Source: Antedon mediterranea | Lineage: Eukaryota; Animalia; Echinodermata | DNA length: 64,000 nucleotides | Direction: 5' to 3' | NCBI RefSeq assembly: GCF_964355755.1 | Contig: NC_092670.1 | Location: forward strand, 33,902,388-33,966,387 | Shown: positions 37,701-49,700 of the stretch, in pieces | How the letters are laid out: every line of letters starts with the position of its first letter | Position numbering within the stretch: the stretch's first letter is position 1 | Notes under the pieces: generated by a model | The model's database searches: none | What the model was told of the DNA's origin: nothing | What the model saw: only the letters and a program-made list of their open reading frames with translations | Program-made: the position numbers and the translations under genes

Positions 37701-40700
37701 ATGAATGACGATGATATAGTGAAAAGTCCACAAACACACATTTAAAATAATATATTTCAATTCAAGATTTATATAAAAAAAAACAGAAACCACCTAGAAC
37801 ACAATATTGTGTAGGGCTTTTACAATTCATCGCAGGAAGAGACGAGACCTCTCCCTCTAGAACACACTAGAAAAATGTTAATAGAGTCGTTGCCTTCAAG
37901 AAATCTTGAGAGAGAGACTACATTATTCTACTGTAGGTTCTATGCTGGTTTCTCCCTTAACATTAGACCCCAGAGGAAATTTCTGTGGAGTAAATCCAGT
38001 AGTAGATGTCTAGGTGTTTAGTTTATCTCGGTAAATATTGATTATTACCAATTTTAGACATATTTGTCTCAAATATGTTCCACTAAACCGATGTTAGTAG
38101 ATTTTGAAAATAAAACATTCCAATAACTGCAGAATCAGAAAAAAAAAGTTTTAAAACTATTGCAATTTTTTTTGGGTCAATCCATAGATTGCCTGTACTA
38201 ATATTCAAGTGTCAAACTTGTTTACGTAGCAAAAGTATAGAAGTATATGGAGTTTTCGGTTTGCGACACGACCGACGATGAACGTTAGGCCTACGTCATA
38301 TTTATTCACTGTGGGGATGATAGGTCTTAGGTTAACCTTAATCATTATAATAATACAGACGTCACAATAATTTATTCTCACTACAGATACTCAAATGTTC
38401 TCATTATTACATTTAATGTTTGCAGCAGCAATTAACGGGCTATCACCCCCAACAACCATGCATTTTTTGCAACATTGACTGCTCATTATATCGACTAAAC
38501 TATAATGAAATGAGGACAGATATACCTACAACACCTATTTTAGATTAATAATAGTCGTGGGTTTTACAGATAGAGCAAATTCACCATTCAGATGCAATTG
38601 TTATACAGTAATATAAACGTTTAAGTAAGTTAATCGAAATCAACACTTTTTCTAATGGTTGTAGAAGAAAGAAAGTGTTTAAAATGAAACGTAGTTGATA
38701 AGAACATTTTAACAGTATGTTTAATGAGTTTCGAGTCAAGGGTAAACAAAAAACCACTACATTTCGGCGCTATTTTTTCAAACCTTGTACCCTATTGCTT
38801 TTGTTAATGAAATTGAGTCAATATAATAATAATCCTATGTAAAAATCCCGAATGAAGACCAATATAAGGAGAAAACCAAGATAAGAAGAAAAGAAAAAAT
38901 AAATAAATAAATAAATAAAAAAGAAGAAAAGAAAAAAAGAAGAAGAAAAGAAAATGAAATAGAAGAATAACAAGGAAAATAAAAAGGACGAAAAAAACGA
39001 CGACGACGACGACCCAGAACGTAAATTTTTAATGGCAATAATGTTTTTTTTATTGCTATAATATTGTACTGTGTTTTTTTGTGCTACCTTTTTTATATTT
39101 TTATATCATGTAAATACAATTCTTTTAACATTTTCTGCTTTTTTATGTTTTTTTATTTGGTCGGTTGGTCGATCGGTCTAACTCAAATTTGAGCACGCGA
39201 CTGCAACCACGTATATGACCTTGTTGTTAAAGATGTAATGTCCCTTTAAATAATAAAAAAATATTTCGAAAAAAAGTGGGTCATTTTGAAGTATCATAAT
39301 AGGTATTAACTTTCACCAAAAATTAGTTGAAAACAAAATAATTTAACCGAAATAGGCCTACGGATTTTTTTTTCTTCAAAAAATAACTTTGACTTCCAGT
39401 CAAAACATATCTCATAATGTAACGCGCTTCTTGTTTCGCTACTCTGTATGCATAATCATAAAACTTCCTTGCGATTCGTGTGAAAACACCTTCTCAACCA
39501 CGACGAGTTGTAAACAATCCTAATAATAGCATCATGCATAATGCTCGTGGTTTGAAATCTTTGTTTACTTTCGCTTGTGACGATTTTCCAGACAAAATGT
39601 AATCAAATTAATTTACCTGTTAATTACGTAAACTTGTTGTTTTTGCCTTGAATTTTCGACTTAAAGTGAATAACTTTAATATTACTTTGATATGGCCTAT
39701 ATAAATTTAGAATATTTGTTTTCATTTTTTTGTGTTTTAATGGACAATACATCTTTACTATATTGCTGCTTTTGTTAAAATCTCATTGTGTTTTTTGCTG
39801 ATGATTCCCTGATTTACCAACTAATTAATTCTGTGTGCGATGGAGTGGCATTACAAGATGATCTTGATCACCTTAATACATGGGCTGATAACCAAATGAT
39901 TTTTAATACCAGCAAAACTAAATGTATGCATGCCACTCGAAAACGGGTATTTGCTAAGCTAGAGAAAGTCGCATTTCATAACAAATAATTTCTTTAAATA
40001 AATAAATAATACATAGAAATAGACAAAATGTAAATTTATTAAAAGTATGTATTAACGAAGTTGCATTAGGCTATGTTATTTCAAAAAGATTGTTACGTGA
40101 CAAGAATTTAACCTTTTATTGTACATCCTTAAGGCCAATTTACACAGACGAGCGGTATCGTTAAGCGGTAATTGTAAGCGGAAAACCGCGTGACTTGTCC
40201 AATTTACACAGCGCGCTGAATTCGCGAGCGGTGTGGCGAAAAGTAGGTGCTTGTAGGCCTCGAGGCTAATGCATGTTACAGTCACTGCTGGCATGGATGT
40301 GACTGACTCAGTAGGCGCACACACAGGCCTAGGTTTTAAAGGGACTTGATGCCTAATAACGATTGATTGATTTAATTTATTCGGTTCATACATAAAATAC
40401 ATTTTAAAATGGTAAAAAACATACAAATACATCATTTTCAAAAATATACAACACCAGAAAAAATATCACAAAACAGAAGACGTCAAGCAAGGGAAACAGA
40501 ACAAAATCAACCAAAGATAATTAGATAAAGTTTCACATTTTCAGTGTAACTTATTTCCATCTAAGTCCTTACGTACATTTAACTGAGATAACATTTTAGA
40601 CATCTTAAATTATAGTTAATTTAAAAATATAATAAACACAATTATGTTAAAGATGTATTGTCCCCCAAAATCATGAAAAATAAAGATTTTTAAAATCGGA

Positions 40701-43700
40701 CTTTGAATAGGCCATTTTGCAGTTTTAATGAAGTTGTTCACATCCATAAGAAAAAAAAACAGGGGAAAAAAATTATTTCACCTATAAAAAGACAAAATAA
40801 ACAGTTAAATTACTCAAAAACTCATTGTCTTCCAGACAATTTGACCATTTTTTTGCTTTAAATTACATTTTTCTCAGGTAAATAAATTTTTTTCAGACCC
40901 AATTTTTTGTGAGAGTGAATAACTATTATGTGACATTAAAATAACATATTCAACAAAAAAAATTAAAAAAATATTTGTTTAGGGGGACTATATATCTTTA
41001 AGCAAAAAATACATATATGAACATTTTGATAAATCTTACATCGCATTCTTAAAGTATTCTTTGACTTTGTGTTTAAAAAGCTTAGTATAGGTTGTGGGTT
41101 TAATGCATACAATCTGGAAGAGAATTTTTGTTATTCCGTTATAATAGAAGCTGGTTTGTCCAACATCATTTAGGCGAGGAATTTGAAAGTTATGTTTTCT
41201 GGATCTGGTTTCATGTTTATGGGCGGTACTTAATTTGACAAAATGAGTATACATATGGAATGGACGTTTCATAATATAGTTTATGTACATGTACAAGTTG
41301 TAACAATTTTACTCTGTTTGTAACATTCAAATAGCCAACAGTATTTAGTTCATATTCACCAACGTGTGATCGATTACCTCTTTCTAAAATAAATCTTACA
41401 GCTTTATTTTGTGCTGTTTGTAATTAAATTGTGCCTTAGTAAGTCCATCAAACCATGACGTGGATCCCTAATCGTGGTAACTTTGGATGAGAGCGTTACC
41501 GAGAATTTTTCTAGTATGATTATTTAAGCATTTTAAATTACGGTAAAGAAATTTTAACTTAGAGTTGATTTTTTTTTAATTGTGCTTTGCGCCATTTAAG
41601 AAACCGGAGCTAGGCTGGTTGAAATTTATATCGAAGTCACCCAATAGGTATAACTCGCAGTCGGACCTCAGAAGAGAAAAAATATTTTCTAATTTTTCCA
41701 AGAATTTACTATCCTCAGGAGGTCTGTAAATACTTCCGATAGTGATTGGTTTAGATTTTGGAAGGAGAATATCAACCAGCATAGCTTCGGTATCATCAGA
41801 CACATCGTTTCTACAATTAAATGCAAAGTCTTCTTTCACATAATAAGCATACTCCTCCACCATGTCTATTTCTGTCCTTTCGCTGTATTGTGTATCCATC
41901 TATATTCACCTTTGGATCCAAAATAGTTTCATGAAGCCACGTTTCCGTTTCAAATGTTCATGTACAAAATGTAGGCCCTTACATTTAATGCAATCAAAAT
42001 TCTCGGTTTTCGCGTTCGAAGGAACGGGTCGTTTAATTCCAAGCCTCCTGTATCATGTGCTTGTACATCTTCTGGACGCAAATTGCGAAAAGGAAGCTGC
42101 GTTTGTAGGCAGTTTGTTTAACATCTACAATAGTATGTGGTTCAGCACATATTGCAAACAGCTATTTTACTTCTTTTATTGAAGCCTTTTTTGCATTTTA
42201 GACATTTAGTTACGTTGTTTGGTCTTGGGTTTAGAGATACATCACCGGATATTATGATTAGCAAACTCAGAGTAATGGGATGTTCCGAGTTGATTATCTT
42301 GGCTACCAAGTATCTTGAGGCACTTGAACCAAATAACATATCAATAGGTGCGATTGGTGAATAAGGTTGTCTCGTTGTAGGCCTATATGTGCCTGAATAC
42401 ACCAGTCATCGTGAAGCCGAGGAACAATAACCGGAGAGATGCAATTAACTCCAAGGAGAGGCGATTGGAGGTCGTTGACGTGATCTTGATTTTTTTTTTT
42501 TTTTTCTTTGACCGCTAGCTTTAACAAGTTGTTTTTACTTTGATAGCTAAATTGCTTATATCATACATCAAGTTAGTTAGACGATTAAAGAATGAAATAT
42601 CGAAACCGGGAGAACGAACCAGAAGTTAACAGCCAGGACTATTTCGAAAGCTAGCCTAGACCGTCCAACCCACACTCGATCCACCACAAAGGCATGCACG
42701 ACCCTACGAAGAATGGCACTTCTCTATTTGCATGCACTATTTTGTAGACTATTGATTTTTAACCACGAAATTGATAATGAAAATTATATCGTTGTGATGC
42801 ATGTGTAGATGATTTCATATTCTTTCAAAGACAAAAGATATTTAAATGAGGCAGGTGACACTCCACTCCGGTATTTGGTGGCGTTTACGGCAAAGAAATT
42901 AACGTTCTGGGTAAACTCAAGTACTCAAAATATCAGATTAGAGCATGTAGAGCACGTCACGATCAAAAAGCACGTCCACAAAAAAACTAACCTCAAACGG
43001 GAATCATCTTGCAACGTAGCACATCAAAATCCAAAAACAAAATTTCACAGTTCACCAATTTACAAATGCGAATCAGATTGCCGAATTACATTTAAATATC
43101 TTTTGTCTTTGGAATTTTCTGTGCAATACCACACAGCATGTTTCATATTACACTGTCGTACATTTTATGCATCATAATAAGATAATCACGACTCAATAGC
43201 CTGTTCGAGCAACGTCCTAAATATATATTTTCTTTTTACTATCCTTATACAAACAATCACGCACATCATCATCATCATCATCAGTCGGCTGCGGAGCAGG
43301 CGACTACAAGCTTTCTCCAGCCACAACGGTCCTTGGCTAACTCTGACAGCTTATCAGTTGTAATCATACCTCCTTCATCCCCTAAAAGCTGTTGGATGTA
43401 TCTCAGAAAGTTGGTTTTCTGCCTTCCTCGTTTTCTTTTCTCATGTTGAGGAACATACAGAGCGTACTCTTTGCATGGTTCGTCATCAGGCATTCGAAGC
43501 GCGTGGCCCAGGAACTTTAATTGACGGGATCTAATATTTTCCACTAGCGGTCTGGTCTTGGTTAGGTCATAGATAGAAGCATTTGGCACCCTATCTGTTC
43601 TCTTGATATTTAGCATGATTCTATAGCATGAAGTGCAAAGGCGTTGATTTCACTTTCCATCACCTTAGAGAGGACCCAAGACTCGCAGCCATACACAAAG

Positions 43701-46700
43701 ACAGTAACACAGGCTGTATTGTACAGCTTTACTTTGGTGGAGATTGGGATGTTAAAACATCTCCACAAATGTTCTAGCTTCAAAACTGCTATCCAGGCAA
43801 GAACATTTCTTCTTTTAAAATCCCCACTGCTAGATGCCATCATGGAGCCGAGGTATTTGAAGTTGGTTGCATGGTTGATTGCATTTCCATAAACTTCAAG
43901 TGGGGGCTGTGAACAGCAGTTGAATACCATATACTCAGTTTTAGGGGCACTAATGATAAGCCCTAGGTCAGCGGCAGCATTAGCAGTTCTGGTTAGCTGT
44001 GATTGGGCACGAGGTATTGAAGACTCAAGCAGGGCGATGTCATCTGCAAAGTCTAAATCATTTAAGACTTTCGACAGAGTTGTAGGCTCGACAATTTCGC
44101 AGGGAGTTTACCCACTTGAAGTTTATAAGGATGTGATGGAGCTGATGTTTTGATCCTGCTGGGTGAGTTCAAGTCCATTGCCTCCCACGTGGATGGGGAA
44201 ATCTTGACTGTGCAGAACAAAGTTTGTTTTCTACACACAGCTTTACCAGTCTCTTACCGTTATCGTTAGTCTCGTCATGATAACAGCATCTCCCAACAAC
44301 ATCAGGATGTGTAAGATGGCTGTCAGCACCAATAATCTGGCGTTGAAGTCGCCAATAACAAGGTTGATGTTATGTCTCTTGACTTGCTCCAGATGTTCTG
44401 CAAGGGAAACATAGAAGTCTTCCTTTGTTGATGAAGGCCACATTCAGTAGGAGCATACACAAAAGTTATGCAAAGCTGGGGATTTCCATTGAAGGTGACG
44501 TAAAAAGTTCTTTCTGATGCTTTCAATCTTCTTGATGCACTTGTAGATTAATTTGGACATGACAAGACCAACACCACCTATTCTCAGGCTAGTTGCAGAT
44601 CATCCATAAACAAATACATAATTTCTATCATCTGACCAGTGTTCTTCTGTTTGGCTGGTGGTAATGAGTCTGTGTTCCTGAATGCCGATAATGTCGATAC
44701 CAGCATCTGCGCAGCCGGTAAAGAGCTGATGCAGTTTCCCAGTCTGGTACAGTGTACGTACGTTATATTTTGAGATCACAAGGGGTTTGAAGGCAGACAA
44801 GCGACAATAATCAGGACCAGTAGTTTGTGATGGTGTGCCGAGTTCCCGTTGGCCCGTCATGAAGTTAATAGTAGACTGCCGCCCAGCTGCTTTCCATTGT
44901 TTTCGGATTCTTCTTGTAGTTTTCGTAGTCAACATAAGTTTGCTAGGAATTGTTTTCTCCGGTCCTAGCAGTCTTTACGGGGAACTGGCCCTGTACGACT
45001 TATTTCCGGAGCTCATACTACCATAGGCCTGAAGAGCCTGGAGCCTGCCTGACTTGGTTAAACCTACTAGGGACAAGGTCCCCGCCAGTTTAGCTTTCGG
45101 ACTTGATGACAACTAGACCTTTGGTAGTATTGTAGCTGATACAGGTTGTATCGGAATACAGCTTGACCGATAGCAGTCCAGATGTTTTGACTGACCTGAC
45201 ACTCACGCACAAAAAGTTGTTGATAGATGACGTCATTTCAATATGTCGTCTTTGGTTGATCAGAATTCCTAATTACCGCGCGGTATTTTTACAAAATCGA
45301 ATCTGTTTTATTTATTTATGTAAAAGATTGCAGAATATGTTATTAAATTTTTTAGTCCTTTAGTTTTTATCATATTTTGTATAGTTTTCGATTGTATCTA
45401 GACATTTTATGATACACACCCTTTAAACCTTCAATTTAGGTGAAGCCTTTTGTTAATAAAAAAAATCCTCAGAAATGTAGGGCCTAATATGAATAATGGA
45501 ATTCGACAGCTCTACTTTTCATTTTGACAGAAGAAATCCTAACAATTTAAATAAATAGCAATAATGAAGTTGTACCTAAGGATTTTGCAGCCAGTGTAAA
45601 TATGTTTTAATAACTGTAATAGTGTTTGCGCCATCACACTCGCACGCCCTCGTATGTACGTTGTTGTTGTTGCAGTGCACCACCTTGCGTCCTATCGAGC
45701 GACATTGTGGTTGGTTGTGTTGTGTTAGTTGGTTCCAGTAGGCCTAGTGTCGATTGATAGTACTTTCGTTTAATTAATCTTCTTCTCCAAAATTAATTAA
45801 TTAATTAATAAACATGAAGTTGATTAGTCTTTATTGCCGTGGTGGCAGCGCATTACCCACTACCGCGAAATCGCTTCAATAAACAGAAGACAGAGACTCT
45901 TCACAGGCCCGTAGCCAGGGGGAGTTTTATGGTTCGGGCGAACCCTCCCCCCCCCCTTTACAGCGAACCCCCCTTGAACTACAGCGAACCCCCAAACCTC
46001 CCAATCCCCTGAATGCCACTAATGGTACCTTCTTGCTGTATGAGCCTACGTCGTCACTCAATATGATACTTTTTACAACTTTATAATTTCAAAGATATAC
46101 TAAAATTAAGTCAAAATCAGTGACTGGTGTTATGTAGGCTACATCAGCGGACGTATTGCGTTGAAACGTTTTCATATCGTCGTTGCGCACGTCATTCATT
46201 GAAAAACGTTTTTGAATAAAGGGATTAAAAAAAATAATAAATATGAAACGTCGACGTCGAATAACAGATTTTTTTACGAAAAAAAGAGTTAACAATACGA
46301 AGTAAGTATATAAAATTAGTATTAGTTGCATCAATTGATTGTAATTAAATACAAGTTACGTAGGCCTACTTCTCTAGCTTCCTAGACTAATATAGGAGGT
46401 AGCTATACTGGGATAGATTCCGCACAAAATGACGCACAGCCGCCGGAAGTTCTTACGGTGGTACCATGGTATATTTGGTAGAGCTGACATTGTTTGACAA
46501 GGAGTATGTTTAGGGTGTAATAATTAATAAGTAATATTTTATTATACTTTTATTTTTGGAGGATTAAATATATTATTACTATTATATATCATAATATTGT
46601 TTATTTAATTATTATTATACCAGCGAAAATGATGATGAGACTCACAACCCAGAAGTAAAATTACCGGCAAGAGAAGAAAAGGTGGAGCAACAAGACAGGG

Positions 46701-49700
46701 ATAATTTTGGAGAAGAAGAGGTGGAGAAACAAGACAGGGATGATTTTGGAGAAGAAGAGGTGGAGCAACAAAACAGAGATGATTTTGGAGAAGAGGTTGA
46801 GCTACAAGACAGGGATGATTTTGGAGAAGAAGAGGTGGAGCAACAAGACAGGGATGATTTTGGAGAAGAAGAGGTGGAGCAACAAGACGGGGATGATTTT
46901 GGTGAAGAGGTGGAGCTACAAGACAGGGATGATTTTGGAGAAGAAGAGGTGGAGCAACAAGACAGGGATGATTTTGGAGAAGAAGAGGTGGAGAAACAAG
47001 ACAGGGATGATTTTGGAGAAGAAGAGGTGGAGAAACAAGACAGGGATGATTTTGGAGAAGAAGAGGTGGAGCAACAAAACAGAGATGATTTTGGAGAAGA
47101 GGTGGAGAAACAAGACAGGGATGATTTTGGAGAAGAAGAGGTGGAACAACAAAACAGAGATGATTTTGGAGAAGAGGTGGAGCTACAAGACAGGGATGAT
47201 TTTGGAGAAGAAGAGGTGGAGCAACAAGACAGGGATGATTTTGGTGAAGAGGTGGAGCTACAAGAAAGGGATGATTTTGGAGAAGAAGAGGTGGAGAAAC
47301 AAGACAGGGATGATTTTGGAGAAGAAGAGGTGGAGCTACAAGACAGGGATGATTTTGGAGAAGAAGAGGTGGAGCAACAAGACAGGGATGATTTTGGAGA
47401 AAAAGAGGTAGAGCAACAAGAAAGGGATGATTTTGGAGAAGAAAGATCAGAGAACGAGGCTGAAGAAGGACGCGCAGCAGCATTAGAAGAAGACATAGTT
47501 CTGATCAATGATATCGGACATGCAATTGACAGTGCCATGAACGCAGAAGAGGTCACGGCAAAGGTGAACGGTTTCAGCCATGCCCAAAGGTTGCATCTTT
47601 GTTTAAATCACTTCAAGCCTCCTGCCAATTTCAGGTTTCCTGTATCTTACATGAATGGATACCGTAGACGATTTCAACCAACATGGCTTAACAAATATCC
47701 TAATTGGCTGGTTTATAGTCCTAAACTCGATGGGTTATTCTGTTTACCTTGTAGTTTATTTTGCACTGAAAGAGATTCTAAGGGACAACTGGTGAACTTT
47801 CGGTTTAGCAAATGCGTTAAAACCTCAGACATACTTAATGGCAAAAATGGATATATTCACAAGAAATATCATAATGATTCTGTGGCTACCATGTCAACTT
47901 TCATCCGGAGTAGCAAAAGCCCTCAAACAACCTTACCATGTCGCTTTAATGATACAGTAGCAGAGACCATTAGAGTTAACCGCAAAATCTTATTAAGAAT
48001 TATTCAAGCTGTGCTGTTTTGTGCTCGTCAGTGTATTCCACTGCGTGGAGACTGTGAGCATCAAAGCTCTGGAAATCCGGGTAATGATGGATAAATGTGT
48101 TTTCAAATTTGATTAAAACATATATTGACATGAACAAAAATTAAGTAAAGATTAGGCCTTCTCGCATTGATTAAAAACTAAAATTTGAAATGCCTTAATT
48201 ATTAATTTGCACGTACTATGATTGATTTTTATTTTGATAATTTTGAATAGGAAATGTCATTGCATTTCTTCGAGAACTTGCAAAAACAGACCCACTGCTA
48301 AAGAAACATTTAGAAATGCCACTAAGAAAGAATGCAACATACATGTCGCCCATGTCGCAGAATGAACTGATAAACATTATCGGATTCAAACAGATTAGAG
48401 AAAACATTCTTGAAGAGGTAAGATATTATGAAAAATAATAGTAATGTTGATGAATAATTGATAAGTGCTAAAGAAAAATGATTGTTTTTTAACATACTGT
48501 ATGTATCGTCACAATTAGTTTTTCCTTCCCCAATTAGAATATAAGATGATGTTTCATTGATACAGCTAATTCAACAAAAACATTTTTGTAGTCATCGATG
48601 TTTCTTTAACATTTTCAGGTGCGTCAGAGTGGCATATTCACAATCATGGCAGACGAAGTGTCCTCCCATAATGTAGAACAGTTGGCATTATGTGTTCGCT
48701 TCGTAGACATTGACAAACAAATCAGAGAAGAATTTCTGGCCTTCCACCCGCTGCAAGACACCAGCGGTGCATCTATTGCAAACACTATCAAGGACATGAT
48801 AGCGTCATTAGGATTACAAATTACCAATTTACGAGGACAGGGCTACGATGGGGCGGCTGCGATGTCCAGTGATCGAGTTGGAGTTCAAGCACGTTTAAAG
48901 CAGGATGCTCCACTTGCGACCTTTACTCATTGTGCAGGACACTGTCTGAATTTGGTTGTTGCGAAGGCATGTTCGGTTGTAGCATAACGAAACATGCTTG
49001 ACACATTAAAAGAGTGCTGCCTCTTTTTTAACTATAGTCCAAAGAGAGAAGGTCTGCTCAAAGAGGTAATCGTACCATTGATTTGAATTTTTCCTCCATG
49101 ATTGTACTATCATGTCATCATTGTCTTAATCTAATTATTTTATACATACAGGTAATTCAAACAGATGCCAAAACAAAGGTAAAGAAGCCCCTGCTTAATC
49201 TCTGCAAGACGCGATGGAGTGAGCGCCACGAAGCATACCAACATTTCAATTCCATATTTATTCATCTTGTTACATCTCTAGAGGTCATAGCTAGCTCATA
49301 GAATGCATGTAGAAAGGTATGCTGAATACACAAGACCATGGAGTTCAGAGTCCAGAAATAGAGCAGGAGCACTTCTGAGAGGGATGACTGATTTTAATTT
49401 TATTGTCTCGTTTAAACTTGCTTACCATGGCTTGGCCCATTTGCATGGCATTACAATAAAACTCCAGAAACGGTCTTTAGACATCCTAGAAGCCCATGAA
49501 ATGGTAAGATCAATTCAATGTTTAGATTGTATATTAAATCTACATTGAAAAACTCTTGGACTTGTTAACTAAATATTATTTGTACTAACATTACGATTAT
49601 TATCTATCATAACATTATTTATAATTAAAACTACTGGTGTTGAGAGGTATATTGCGGATACAGATGCTCAAATTATTGACGTATGTCAATTTTAGATTCG

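Larger units (their letters stand above)
35930..45540. repeat. Large inverted duplication; left arm ~35930-37655, right arm ~38330-45540 interrupted by later TE insertions
   Basis: 36815-37655 pairs with 38330-39230; 36225-36810 with 39760-40360; 36180-36225 with 43210-43260; 35940-36100 with 45235-45535. Confidence 0.85.

Noticed and set aside
46605-47556. Long alternative-frame ORFs (292, 304 and 234 aa)
   Set aside because: Shadow translations of the 36/39-bp coding minisatellite; only the acidic frame continues into transposase domains.
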